Assembly: GCF_018977255.1 (NCBI RefSeq)
Contig: NW_024704743.1
Span: 98,334,001 to 98,398,000 of the forward strand
Direction: 5' to 3'
Length of the DNA: 64,000 nucleotides
Source of the DNA: Callorhinchus milii
Lineage: Eukaryota
Shown: positions 37,796 to 51,856 of the stretch, one piece after another
Layout: each line of letters begins with the position of its first letter
Position numbering within the stretch: the stretch's first letter is position 1
Notes under the pieces: model-generated
The model's database searches: none
What the model was told of the DNA's origin: nothing
The model's input: the letters and a program-made list of their open reading frames with translations, nothing else
Made by a program: the position numbers and the translations under genes

Positions 37796-40700
37796 CATCC
37801 ACTTCAACAACCAGATAGACCTTACTTTTGGCTTATCTGAAGCTTGGCACCTCCAACAATGCAGCACACCCCCAGCACTGCATTGGAGTGTCATCGTAGA
37901 CTATGTGAGTCAAAAGTCCTGACATTACACTTGACAACTTTCTGACTCGGAGGCAAGTCTTCTCCAACTAAGCCAGGCTGACACCCGAAATACAGTTTTA
38001 ACCAAAGATTTTTTTCATGTATATTCTTCGAAAAACACCACACTTCTCCCTTTCTCTCAGGTCTTTTTCACAGTGCTACTTGTCCTCTCTTTCCCAGTAG
38101 TAACATAGGCCAGCTCTTCCCATTTCCCCCTCCAATACATGGTGCCAGCCCGTCTCTATATTTCTGCTCTAGCTCTCTCATCTCTCCCCATTATTCTATT
38201 TCATAGCGTTTCTCTCCATTTCATAGTTTACCTATATCAAAAAGAACAAACTCAATAAATCTTGCTGTCTGTATTTCAGTCTGTTCTCAAGGGAAGTTAT
38301 GGAATATTTTTACTCAACATGCAATAGACTTATGCAATGTTACTGGAGATGGCGTGTGAAATGGACAGTACAAATTGGTTCAAGAAGCAAAAATATGCTT
38401 CTGAAGAGAGAAGGAACTGAGGGATTCAGCTTGAGAATGATAAAGAGAAGGGAAAGCTTTGTTGAGCCTATAGTCTTCTACAGTATCAGATATTCCTTAC
38501 TTTATTATCCACCATGAGTCAAAAAAAATACTATTAGGACATGGTTTTACCATTCATAATAATAATAATTCATGAAGCTGAACTGCATTGATGCCAGATT
38601 GCAATAAATTCAGTTTATCTCGATCTTGGATATGCAGGGCACCATTGCTATTGCTAATAGGTAAAGTTGCTGACTCTCTCAGTATACTTCTCATCATCCT
38701 ACTATTAAGGCTTAAGTAGCTCCAATTAGTAACCAAAACGTTCAGCAGCTTGGCCCACAGATAACTTATGGATAACAGTCAGATTGTAATGGTCGTTCGT
38801 TGTTCCTTCCTTACTCATTCATAGCTACACACAGCATTTGTGTAAATGGTTTGGTAACAGCAACCTGATTTAATGAGAGATATTTCAGAACCAGAATAGC
38901 TCTCCACATTGCATTAAATCAGCTCCTTGCCAATTTAGTTTATAGTTTAACTACAACAAAATATATTTTACGTGTTTTTAAGTAGTTAAAGCTGTAGTGC
39001 TTTCTTCAATAGTCTTGATTACATGAAACATAGGTGATTGGTTTCTTTGTTGAACATGATAAGCCTCATTTGCTAATGGGAAACTTATTATTGTTCTGTT
39101 TACGTATCCTGGGAATTTGTCAGCAGGACTTTTCTTAAAACTCCTTGATTAATTATGCCATTTGCTAATATCCAGTGTGCAGAAAGCCAGAAATGTTAGT
39201 CACAAATTGGTTCAGATGTTTAGTGACATTTCCACAATTTTGGGGGTCATGTAAATACATGCAACTAAAAGTTTGTTAATAAGTTTTAGTAACTAGCTTA
39301 TCAATTAACTTCAATAATTTAACAACAAAGTGTCAGCAACTAAAACACATTTTGCCATTTTATAGTCCAGTGTACGAACAAACAGGTTGGGAGCAAATTT
39401 ATTGCTACTCCATCAATGGATTTTTACAATTCAGTAAGTATGTTAAGAGTGAGTACAGACTAAATGGGTACTGATCCATTTAATGACTCATATATGGACC
39501 AAAAGTATACATTTTCTTTTTTCTCTATCAAATAAACTGTCTACATTTCTTTTCTAATTTCTTGGTTCTAGATATGTCACCAATAACAACCACAAATTAC
39601 ATTATAGTGCATTTCACGTTGAGTGGATGTCTCAAGGCGCTGGGTCAAAGTTGTAGACAGATAGAAAGCAATGTCAAAACGTAGCCTGTCAAAAGTAACA
39701 ACAATTCATAATTATACTCAATGTAGTTACATTAGATCAGTAAGAAAAGTCTACGAATAAATTGGGTATCAGCCAGTCTCAACAGTTCAGTGATCTCAAA
39801 CTATTTTCAAGTCAGAATCAATAATTCATTCTTTGAGCTGACATTAAGTATTTTCTGTAGATGAGTGGTATTTAAGACACGTTTATTTTTGCTTACAGAC
39901 GATTATATATCGAACCTTAAATTATTCCTTAGATCTGTCAGAATTGGTAAATTCATTGATTACATATCAATTCTAAATACGATTTACCTTTTCTATCCAT
40001 ACCGAAGTGCAGAGTGCATTATTACACAGATTTGTTTCTGCATAAAATAAGGCCCATTGTGACTGGATCACTACTGCCTGTTTTTCTAAATCAAATCTTT
40101 ATTTTAAAGAATTTATTTTAATCCCAATTCTCAGCTATCGCTTGAGGTTTCTACTGTTCAAAAAATCTAAATGGAGTGTGCATGGTATGACCCAACTTTG
40201 TTTCGAAAGAAAGGTTCACATCACCAATGTAGCTAGCAGGACTCGTCATACTGAGGTTGGGTGGTTTAAGCCTGAATAACACAAGTGGAAGATGCTTCTG
40301 ATTAATGCTGCTGAGCCCAGGTTTCGTTCTCTTTTAATAAAAAGAGGTACAGGCCACTATAATGAGAACCAATGCTATAAATAGAACTACAACACTGCAT
40401 CATTCATTGCCTACATTGACTCCTGATAACACTGTATTGACTCAGCTAACAACACTAATTAATCCACTTTAGTACTCTATTGACTGAAACCCCCTCCAAT
40501 CATGTATTATCTTTATCACTATTAACATACTATTGGCAGTGCCACTGGAAACCAAGTATCCAATTGTTGACTGCACGGGCTAATGAGTAACTTAATTTTA
40601 ATATCTCAAAACCACTTGACCAAAATAAAATGAAGGAAAAATGACGAAGATCTGCCTTTGCAAATGTTCTATTTTTGTAATAAGTTGTATAATATAAAGG

Positions 40701-41559
40701 GTAATTTAGAAAAACGGTTAGCAGGTATACAGATGGGCCTTATTCTATGTAGAATATTTTCTGTGTAATAATGAGTGCCACACTTTGGTGTGGATAAAAC
40801 AAACTGGTTCAGACTTCCAGAGTATTTCACATCTCTTGCGATCTTAAGAACTTATAAAATGGGAGTGGAGGAAGTAATCAGCGTGGATTCTATGGCAGGC
40901 CCAATTTGGATGGTAGAAAACCCCAGAGAATGTTTGTCGATCATTGCACAAGCAAGCAGCTTAAATGCTATTTTAACCACAAGAAGCTGACCATGCCATA
41001 TGCAGACATTTGTAATTTCATTCAGTTGTAACCAAGTGAAATATTGATGATAGAAATTCACAGGAAATTTACATGATGCTTATTGAACATTTTAGGAGTT
41101 ATAATCACACAAGAGATCTGAAATGCTGCAGGCAGTCTGAACCCAATTCTAAAAGGCTGAGAATTCCACAACTTGAAGTTTCTCAGAATATAGCAACATT
41201 TAGTACCAGTATTAAGAAGTTGCATTTATATGGTTTCTTATGTCAAAATGTTAATCTCGGTATGATTCTGTGGGTACCCCAGCCAAACAACAACCACTTG
41301 TCATTATATTCCACCATGCAAACATCTCAACCAAACCTAATACTGTCCTCATCAGCTGATCACACATTCACTTTCCAACAGCAGTCAAGGATAGTAACCA
41401 GAAGCACTTCAGTTGATGTTCTTTCTCTAGGGCTGGGATACTGACATCAACTGAGTTCTCCACTGATTCACTGGACAACATCAGCTAACTCAGCACAAAA
41501 AAGGGGATCTTTCTGATCTATAGATCTCCAGAGCAATTGTTGTCTGAAATATACCTCCA

Positions 41560-42637
41560 CTCTCATCACCACTATAACTCACATGAAACTGAACAACTGC
41601 TCCCTAGATCCCATCCCTACCCCTCTCCTTACCTCCCATCTCCACCTCCTTGCCCTTCTACTCACTAACATCAAATACCTCTCCCTGTCTGCTGGTACTG
41701 TTCCCACCCCATTAAAAACCACCGTCATCACTCCTATCCTTAAATAAACCTTCTTGGACCCATCTCTACTCCCAAACTACCACCCCATCTCCAACCTTCC
41801 TTTCCTCTCCAAAGTCCTGGAAGAGGTTTTGCATCTCAACTTCGCTCCTTCCTCTCCCATCACTCCCTTCACGGTTCCCTCCAATCGTGTTTCCCTGCCA
41901 CCCACAGCACAGAAACAGCCCTGGTCAAAGTGATAAATGATATTCTGTCCATCTGCGACCAGGGCTCCCTCTACCTCCTCGTCCACTCTGCTGTCTTCTA
42001 GACCACTGACCACTCTATCCCATCCACCGCCTCTCCTCTCACGTCAACCTTCTGTCCTTGACTGGTCCAACGGTTCTGTCCTTGACTGGTTCAGATGGTA
42101 CCTCTCACACCGCCTCCACTTCATCTCCACAAACGGTTTCTCCTCCAGTCCCCGCACCATCTTGTGGGACGTTCCTCAGGGTTCTGTCCTTGGTCCCCTC
42201 CTCTTCAATATCTACATGCTCCCTTTTCATCATTCGTAGACATGGGGTCCACTTCCACATGTATGCGGATGACACCCAACTGTACCTCTCTGCCTCCGCC
42301 CTTGACTCCAGGACACTGCTCCACTCAGTGAGCTCCAGCCTGCTTCATGTCACCCACCTCGCTGGCCCCACTATTGGTGGGCCTTCAACCACTCTGCCCC
42401 CACCCTCTGGTACTCCATTCCGCAGTCCCTCTGCCTCGGCCCCCTCCCTTGCCTCCTTCAAGACCCGTCTCAAGACCCTCCTCTTCGACCGTGCTTTCAA
42501 TCTCCCTGCTTCCCCCCCCCGCCCTCCGACCTCCACGACCCCGACCCCCAACTCAGGTCTGAAACTCTGTCTGACCAGCGCCTTGGGACGTCCTCCCGAT
42601 GTAAAGGCGCTATACAAGTGTAATTTTGTTGTTGTTA
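41560..42637 (+). mobile_element. L2 LINE fragment with internal deletion, decayed
   Basis: Frameshifted RT motifs ([43 protein letters not shown]), then a jump to LKTLLFDRAF, the 3' stem-loop and (GTT)n. Confidence 0.92.
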
Positions 42638-45600
42638 TTTTCACGTGTAGATGGAATGCATGGAATTCTCAGTTTGTTTTGGATTCTCTTAAGCATGGTG
42701 ATGGGATTCCGCTTGTGTCAGACACCCGGCTGACCCAAAATAAATAGAGCGCACTACTCAATGTATTAAACGATTGAAGTATGGTGGTGGGGGGTGTTTT
42801 ATCATCGCAAAATTTGATGTCACCAAAACACATAAAAAAAACACAGCACAAAGCAATGCAAAGGCATAAGGTATACACAGTGTTCATGTCAGAAAAACAG
42901 TAGTCATGTAATAAGAAATAAAAAATTGAATCAAATGAATGTTGCAAAAAAAATCTTGTTTACCGGAATATTAATCATGGAGCTGTTTTCTGCAGATTTG
43001 ATACCTTACATACCTTTACTGAGAGCAAGATAAATTAAAATGGGAAGGAAGCAAATAATAATAAAAAGATGAAAATTCCTGTCAGCAAAAAGTGACATTT
43101 CTTTGGATTTTGGTGTTGTTACTACATGAAGTCAGCGGAAAAATAGTTCAAATATTGCTTCCTTTTCACAGATAAGTTATAGCTTTTAACAGTGAAATTA
43201 CCTCAGCCATTATTTGAGCCGAGGTTCTGTTTTATGAAAACACACAAATCAATGAGTGACAGGCTGAAAGAGCCAACACTGCATTTATGACAGTAGACAA
43301 TAATACTGAAGGAACATTTTTGTAGCATTATCCAGAACCCGAGAACTGCAGCTCTTCGCTGGTTTTGACGGGGGGGTGTCCAATTCAATATTAGAATATA
43401 AATAATGTGCGTTCCACCATAACCTAACCAATCTCAACTTTTTTGGAAAGTTAATCCTTGTTTAGTGGATCAATGGCTTGTACAATTTGGCACCTTTACC
43501 TCATTTGTTTAAAGAAAAAGGAATATTCTTAGGATAAGCGAGTATTTGTGTATTCACAAACTCCATGTTTTATCATTATATCAATCATTCTGATTTGTTT
43601 TAGACATTCCATATCCATTCCATCAACAATAGCTTATTTAAGTCAAATGAATCGAACTTGAACCAAAGAAAGCACTGAAAAAAAAGAGGAATATTCACAC
43701 TCGTTCTACAGGTCAGGCACAGCTACGATCATTGGCTACAATAGATAAGACAGTGAAATCACGCAAATTCAACCTACCTCTTCTTGTACTTTGCCAAAAT
43801 GACCAAAATTGAAAAATTCGTGATTTGATTTTCTAAACAAGAATCCAATAATATATTGCTCGAGTTGGAGTTGTATGTAATTTATTCAGCACTTTTTAAA
43901 TTACATTTGTAATGTTGTTTTCATTGCAACTCGTTTCAAACCAATAGCAACAGATTAAGTAGTATTCCTATTCATCTCGAGCTCTTATGTAACTGCAATA
44001 TTTAATAATAAAATATTAATCCTGGTAATTGTTTTAACACCAGGCGTATATCTCAATGCACTTCACAGGATTTTAATGTATAGTATAGTGACTGTATATT
44101 TTGTAGGCGAACATGGCACCCATTTCCGCACAGCAAATGTCCCACAAACAGTGAATGAGCAATTTTATTTGGAGTATTGTTAGCCAGGACACAAGGAGGT
44201 ACTCCCTTCTCTTTTCGAACAGTGCTGTGGAATCTTTAGAAATATACAGTATATATCATCATGACTGCAGAGGACGTCAAGCTAAAGAGAATACAATGTA
44301 ACTGGTTACATTATCAAACTCAGCAAAATGTTTCTATTATTCTGAGACACTCGATAAGGGCATCACAGATTAATGTCACAATGATTAGTTCCATACATGC
44401 TACTCAATACTTCAAGTTACCAAAGATATTTTCTCCTCTCCAAAAGTGTTAATCCTCAAACTAACTAAAATAGCATATTGAATATACTGTATTAAGACAA
44501 CAAATATATTTAAAAGGCCTGACTACTAGTGAACTCTACTTTCATATCTAGTAGGGTATAATTTGGAATATTTCTTTACAGGATTCTTTATAAAGGAATC
44601 CAAATCTCGCAAAAAGGGGTTTCATATGGAAATCACACTCACCTGTAGAACTCTTCTCCAAAAGTGATTGATTCCTGGAGCAAAGTTGCCATGGGTTCAC
44701 TAGAATTCAAACGGTATTATTAATGAACCCTGTTAAGAAATACTACAAAATAAGACTCCAGTAAGGCCATGCCCGGTTACTTGGAGTGTTTGGCTATAAT
44801 GTTTCTTGCTGCTCTGTTCATTGAGCCCGATGTGTACCTTAAGTGTCAATACAATACTCTGAAACTAATTTTGCAATTATTTCAATGGGACATTCTACTG
44901 TCATCAGTACATACAGATTGAATACTTGGTGTTAAAATCGGAGAGTATTGATTTCCTGGGGAACACTTTAGAAGCATCAGCTTCCCATTTTATCACAAAT
45001 AAATTATTTCATTATCCCTAGCACACAGCACACTGAATCGTTCCGAAGATTAAACAGGACACAGAGAAAAGATATCTGTACATGACTTGTGATTTCAAAT
45101 ACAAACTCCAGAATAACTTGGGTGTCAATATTTAATTCCCTCCTGCTCCAAATCGTTGAGCATATACAGTATTAAAATGTAAAAACACAAAATAAATGCT
45201 TGTTTTGTGGGGATAAGGGTATCTCTTTTCTTTTCGTTTTTTCTCTACCTCCCAGATATTTTCCTGTATTTTTCTCTGTGTGCCCACAAGACTGAAAACA
45301 CACCAAGAGAAATCTGGAAACAATGACACTGTTATGATATTTTGCTAAACAGCAACAAAATTGAATAGGTACACCTGGTTGAGACCAGTGTACCTAATTA
45401 ATCCACAAGTGGCATTTCCACAATTGGCCCCATGCACTGCAAATTGCTAGTTTGGTGTTGCCTGGTTACATCCCCATGGAGCAGAGCATGCAATGTCCCA
45501 GTTTGAAACTCACAATCTGTTATTGCATTGTAAATAATACACAACTCTTTCTTGCTCTTCATTTCTTTATAAAGTACACACTTTCTTTTCAGTATCTGTA

Positions 45601-46035
45601 AAATACACAAAATCTGGTAGGCTCAGGAACACTATGTGTGTTAATAGACATTTAAAATAATGCATCCCTAACAGCTCATTGAGTAAATATAGCAAGTGGT
45701 GTGGGGAGGTCTGTTTGCCTTGTAATTAAAGATGGGCATTAAGGAACCTCTCTTCCCTTCTCTCTTTCATTCAATAAAGGAAGCTTTTTCTCCTGGTAGT
45801 TCTAGTTTATATTTCCTTTTGAGAACAGTGATGACTCCAGTGGTGGTACAGCTAATCAATTCTCATTGTCCAGGGTCAAACATGAAGGTGGTACTGGAAT
45901 TTGCTGCCCATGGATCATATACCTTCAGGCCAAGAAGGCAAAGGGGGTAAATTTAGAAAAACAAAAAGTAGAAACAAGAAATGAGAAGAAACCAGAAGAT
46001 TAAAAGTGACTGCAGGTATTTGTGGGGATGGCTTA

Positions 46036-46262
46036 TAATAATAATAATCCTTGCATTTGATACAGAGCTTTTCATGTCTTCTAGACATCTCAAAGCACTT
46101 CACAGAATAGACTGTAAAGTGAATTGACTGTATGTTTGTGGGCGAAATGCGGAAGCCAATTGCGCACAGCAGTGTCCCACAAACAGTCGTGGATTGAAAT
46201 GACCAATTTTTTTTTTTGAGGGATTATTATCAGGCATGTGGAGTAAGGAAACTTGCCCAAGT
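46036..46262 (-). mobile_element. 5'-truncated tRNA-SINE (further partial copies at ~300-530 +, 2382-2500 -, 20822-20930 -, 56502-56700 -)
   Basis: Shared body gtttgtgggacactgctgtgcgcaattggc and tail atcaaatgcaaggattattatt. Confidence 0.85.
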
Positions 46263-47369
46263 TTATTGCTAAGGGATGGACTGAACTTGATGTTCGCAAT
46301 AGTGTACTGCATTACCATTGGTCAGATTATGAATTGCTCAATACTAATGCCAAAAGCAAAGTGGAAAATCATTAGTCACTGATTCCGTAAACTGCAAAAC
46401 ATTATATTTAGAATTGGATAGATAAATAATTTCATGAAGCAGATATTCTTTAGTTTATTCCTGGAGAGAGTCCAATAACTTCACTAATGTTCACTCACAA
46501 AACACCTCCATTTTACAGTATACCTGTGAAGTGCTTGGAGATGTGAAAGGCACTATACCAAATGTAAGGATTATAATCATTATTATTAATTGTGACTGGC
46601 TCAATTGTGGAAATGAAACAATACAGATATTAGGATTCTGTGAGTTTGCGTATCTCTCGATTTTTTTTCTGCCTCTATTCCTACACTTGCCTGTACCTGA
46701 TCTCACACTGCTCCGGAAAAATCATGATTCTGGTAACCTTGCATTTATGGGTGTAAAACAAATTTCTAGGCTACATTGCACCTAACTTCAATTTCACATC
46801 GGAGTCCTCAATGAAGATAAGCACACATACAGATAGTCAGTATGTGGTTACCCTCCTTGATCAGGCCTACGGTCACCTTCCCTGACTTCCCTTGTTCAGC
46901 AACTGATCGACTCTGTGTTCGTGAAGAACTCTATGACATTATCAACAACAATAACAACTTGCATTTATATTGCACCTTCTAACAGGGTACCGTCTCGGAG
47001 CATTTAACAGTGGTGGAGCTTGATTCCAAGCTGGGAAACTCACCATTGGCACAGTCAGAGGAATTTCTTCAGCTATGATCTGAAGACTGGCAAGGAGAGA
47101 GCAAGGCAGGCAGTTCCAGCGTTACGGGGAATAGTGGCTAAAAGCACTGAGTGAAAGGTGTGATATAAATATAAATTGTTGTTTTTCTACTATACTACAC
47201 ATTTTATTTAAAATAACCACTGCACAATCCAAAGTTCTTTTTTGGTAATTTCATAACAATTTCATGTGGTAGACCTGCAATCTAACCAATCTATCGAACT
47301 TCTCAAAAGATGTCTACAACACATCTATCTCATCATCAAATAATCTTGAATTCTTTTTGTTTGCATCAA

Positions 47370-47730
47370 TTTCTCTTAATAAATTCCTTTTTGAAACCCT
47401 TTATAGTCCCCGGTTCACCACCTATACAATAGTAGTTTAATCCACATGTCTGTAACCCTTACACTAAAATATTTTTCTGCACTTTGTATTCATTTTTTAT
47501 TTCTTTATTTTGTCTTTATGACACTTGTTCTTAAGTTTTCCACATAACAGAAACTTATCTGTATCTACATTTTCCAAACCCTCGATAATTTTAAACACCT
47601 CTAACAAGTCTCATCCCCACAGACTGCTCTTTATGAAAAAAAATGGCCACAGGGAGGCCAAACCTTCCTTATAGCTCCGTTATCTAAATCTAAAATATGG
47701 AATTAATCTAGTAGCCCTCTGCTGCAAAAT
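47370..47730 (-). mobile_element. Old CR1 LINE fragment
   Basis: ccaaaccctcgataattttaaacacctctaacaagtc reads DLLEVFKIIEGL on the minus strand, as in CR1 ORF2. Confidence 0.6.
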
Positions 47731-47827
47731 GGAAATGAAAACAAATCAATAAATTCAGCCCAAATCTCATATCATCCATTTTAATTTGTGTCAATATACT
47801 ATACAATTCCAGAATTTTTTATTGTTA

Positions 47828-48270
47828 ATAAGAATAATCTTTGCATTTGACATAGCGCCTTATTTACGTCGATGAAATGTCTCAAAGCGCTTCACATAAT
47901 ATACTGTAAAGTGGTTTGACTGTATATTTTGTGGGAGAAACATGACAGTCAGTTGCACACAGCAATGCCCCCACAAACATATATAGAATGAGTGATCAAT
48001 TTTATTTGAGAGCTTGTTGGCCAAGACACTGCGAGAAACTCCTTTCTCTTTTCGAATAGTGCCATGGGATCTTTAACATCCACCTGAACAGGCAGACTGG
48101 GCCTCGGTTTAACTTCTCATCCGAACGACCACACCTCTGACAATGCAACAACCCACCAGCAATGCTTTGGGGACAGCTTAGACTGTATGATTCCAAGTCC
48201 GGTTGTGGGGTTGAATCTACAATTTTCTGAGCTCAGAAGCAAGAGTGCTACCACTGCAACAGGCTGACAC
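47828..48270 (-). mobile_element. DeuSINE/SacSINE1-like SINE, near full length
   Basis: The minus strand reads gtgtcagcc..ggtagcactc..cggatgagaagttaaaccgaggccc..gttaaagatcccatggcactattcgaa, the Deu-type core as recalled, followed by an L2-like tail. Confidence 0.8.
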
Positions 48271-49653
48271 ATAATTTATTATGCTATTGAGAAGAGTGCA
48301 CCAATCCACTATTTGACATACACAGATGTATCAAATATACACTGATCAATGATTTCCTTCAAAGCTTGCCATATCAACTGCCACATTTAATGATTGAAAT
48401 TAAATCAATAGGGTTTTCTGTAATAGTAAACCTCACAAATGAACAATCACAGCCTTCAATGCCAACAAAGCCCACAGCTGTAAATCTACAATTCACATGA
48501 TGTTTGGATTAATCCAGCCTCTGGAACCCCACAAAAATATTGTATTTCAGTATAACTAGGAAAAAGTCACATTCATGCTTTCATTTTAAAGGTGGATTAC
48601 AACAGTAATAATCTTTGCATTTCACACACTGGCTTATCACATGTCAAAAGGTCCAAAATGCTTCACATGATTTTTACAGTGAGGAATATTGACTATTTGT
48701 AGGTAACATGGGACCAGGCAACTCTTCTTATTAAGTCTTCTTATGAGATAGTTTGATATTAAGGACCCATATTAAATACAAATGTTTGATTGTTGACTCA
48801 TATTCAAAGTCAAAGGTGCTGTTTATTTGGCATAGTGACAAGTGACTTGGGATGTAAAGTGCATCTCTTGAGTTCAGTGGGTTAACACAATGTTCCTTGC
48901 AGAGACGCACTTTACTTACTAAGATGATTTCCTGGTCTTGAGGCACATTTATACTGCCAGTTTCCTGATGAGTGTTTTTTCGAACTCCAAAATAGACAAA
49001 AAAGAAAAGGAAGTGGTTGCTGTAAACAAAACAAACAAAGCAAATTGCAATCCTAACCTGCTGTCAGGAGATAAAGGTGGAAACTGTTAATACGAAACAC
49101 ACCACCACAAACACTCAATAGAAAGAAATTTTCAAACACTAACTATCCATTACCTTTGCATTAACAAAGTACAGCTGTATTAACAGTTTCTCATCAACTA
49201 ATCTAATAACACTTTTTCTTATAATATTAATGAATCTCTAACAAATGAAAATGATGTACATTCAAAACAGATAACAATCTGAGGCAAACACTGTAAGTGC
49301 TGTTTATTCAGGCAGACAGACATTATCCAACCAGGATGAAATAAAAACACTTAATTGCTAAGTATTCTGAATGTATTTACCTTTATGAATTTTCTTTCCA
49401 CAAAGCATTACACTTTTGAATGGACCACAATGGCGATGCCAAACAAAATACAAATATTTGTTTTATAAATTCTCAGAAAAAGCATACATCAGAAAAAATG
49501 TGATCAAAGATCAAAGAAAATCAAGCCTATCCTTTTCAAATTAGAAAAGACCTTCGTTTGTGATTGTTATTCTTTCTAATCATTCTACTGGTGTCAGCCT
49601 GCCTCAGTTGGTAGCACTCATACTTCAGAGATTGAAGGATGCCAGCTTAAAGT

Positions 49654-51501
49654 CAGGAGATGCTGGATTTCCTTGAATCCAAAATCAAGGGAATTCGCTC
49701 CGCGGTCACTTCCCCTCCAACATCCACCCAACCCCCAACCCCTCCCTCACACTCTCCGACTCCTACCCATCCTCTCCTACACACTTTCGTACCCGTTTCC
49801 CCACCCTCTGTCACCAAACTCATCCTATCCCTGAAACCCACCACCTGCTCCCTTGACCCCATCCCCACTCCACTCCTTATCTCTCAGCTCCACCTCCTTG
49901 CCCCACATATCACAGACATCGTCAACCTGTCCCTCTCCTCTGGCTCTGTTCCCATTCCCTTAAAAACTGCCACCATCACTCCCACCTTGAAAAAACCCTC
50001 CCTTGATGCGTCGCAGCTATCAAGCTACCGGCCCATCTCCAACCTCCCCTTCCTGTCTAAGGTCCTGGAACGAGTTGTCGCCTCCCAGCTGCGCTCTTTC
50101 CTCTCCATCCATTCATTATTCGAACCCCTTCAGTCAGGTTTCCGTGCTGCCCATAGCACAGAAACTGCCCTGGTCAAGGTCACCAATGACATCCTGACCA
50201 TCTGTGACCAGGGCTCCCTCTGCCTCCTCGTCCTCCTCGACCTATCGGCAGCATTCGATACGGTCGACCACGCTATCCTCCTCCACCGCTTGTCCTCCCA
50301 CCTAAACCTTCAAGGCCCTGTCCTTGAGTGGTTTAGGTCATACCTCTCCCACCGTCTTCACTTTGTTTCCACGAATGGTTTTTCCTCCACCCCCCGCACT
50401 GTCTCGTGCGATGTCCCTCAGGGCTCTGTTCTCGGTCCCCTCCTCTTCACCCTCTATATGCTCCCCCTTGGTGACATCATCTGCAGACATGGGGTTAACT
50501 TCCACATGTATGCGGATGACACCCAACTCTACCTTTCCTCCTCTACCCTCAACTCCACGACCACCGATGTCCTGACAGCCTGCCTGTCCGACATCGAGTC
50601 CTGGACGAGAGACAACTTTCTTCAGCTCAACGTGTGTAAAACTGAGGCCCTCCTGATTGGCTCACGTCAGCGCCTCCGCACCTCAGGCGCTGACAGCATC
50701 AGCATCCAAGGCTGCACTCTCCACCTCTCAAAGCCAGTCAGGAACCTCGGTGTTCTCTTCGACCCTGAGCTGTCCTTTCTCCCTCATATCTGCGCCACAA
50801 CTGGCACCGCCTTCCATCACTTCCGGAATGTCGCCAGACTATGGCACTACCTCACCCCTCACGCTGCTGAAACACTGGTCCACGCCTTTATCACCTCAAG
50901 GCTGGACTATGGGAACTCTCTCCTCGCCGGCCTTCCCGGCACCTCCCTCCACAAGCTGCAGGTCATTCAGAACTCTGCAGCTCGTGTACTGTCCCGCACC
51001 AGGCTTCGGACCACATCACTCCCACCCTCGCTCGCCTCCACTGGCTCCCCATCCCCCAGAGGATCGAATTCAAGATCCTCATCCTCACCTACAAGGCCAT
51101 TCACGGCCTTGCTCCCTCCTACCTCTCCGACCTGCTATCCCCCTACTTACCTGCCTGTACCCTCCGTTTCTCTGGCTCCGGTCTGCTCCACATCCCCCGC
51201 CCCAACCGCCCTACCATCGGTGGTCGGGCCTTCAGCCTCTCAGCCCCGAGGCTCTGGAACTCTATCCCCCAGTGCCTTCGCCGCCTCCTCCCTTTCCTCC
51301 TTCAAGGCCGGTCTCAAGACCTTTCTCTTTGATCGTGCCTTCAGCTCCCCTCTCGACTCTCTAACCCCTCCTCGCTCCCTCCCTTCCCTCCCCTCATCCT
51401 GACCATTTCCCCCCTGCTCGGGTCCTGACCCAACTGTACAGCGCCTTGGGACGTCCTCCCGACGTGAAAGGCGCTCTATAAATAGAATCTTGTTGTTGTT
51501 G
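49654..51501 (+). mobile_element. Young 5'-truncated L2-clade LINE (RT region plus 3' end), inserted into a DeuSINE-like copy
   Basis: Translation shows non-LTR RT motifs [69 protein letters not shown] and the L2-type [11 protein letters not shown]. The 3' end has a stem-loop (agcgcctt..aaggcgct) and a (GTT)n tail. Confidence 0.95.
49660..51402 (+). pseudogene. L2 ORF2 fragment (reverse transcriptase domain and C-terminus; no endonuclease domain; two internal frameshifts)
   Basis: 580-aa ORF with YADD at ~50509-50520. It leaves the L2 frame near 51008 (1-nt deletion relative to the 37-kb copy) and rejoins near 51282. It starts mid-ORF2. Confidence 0.88.
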
Positions 51502-51730
51502 TACTAGGCTGAGACTCTAATTCAGTACTGCATTGTTGGAGGTGTCGTCCTTCCGATGAGAGTTGAACTGGGTCCTCTCTCCTTGAAAAGGTGTGCGCTA
51601 ATGACCTTCTAAATACAATTGGTCACTCACTAGACTGGGCACTGAAGTGAGCAAATTGGCTACCACATTTGTCCACAAAATACAGTCACACCACATTACA
51701 GTGAAGTATTTTAAGATGTCTTGACAACAT

Positions 51731-51856
51731 GATAAAGCACTATATTGAATGCAAGATTATATATATACTGTATCAAATATGGCCCTGGGATCTTTAATGG
51801 CCCAGGTCAATATTTGATACAATATATACAATCTTGCATTTGATATTGTGCTTATC
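51731..51856. repeat. Fold-back inverted duplication (~57-bp arms, 11-nt spacer)
   Basis: aagcactatattgaatgcaagattatatatatactgtatcaaatatggccctggg versus cccaggtcaatatttgatacaatatatacaatcttgcatttgatattgtgctt. Confidence 0.85.

Noticed and set aside
37178..37894. 238-aa Ser/Pro-rich ORF (also 50657..51364, 8075..8428, 42345..42644)
   Set aside because: Alternative or antisense frames of C-rich L2 DNA. The 5' part of this one is SINE sequence.
49660..51402. Functional reverse-transcriptase gene, retron or other novel RT system
   Set aside because: Ordinary 5'-truncated L2 ORF2 lacking the endonuclease domain, with frameshifts and a standard L2 tail. No associated partner genes or ncRNA.
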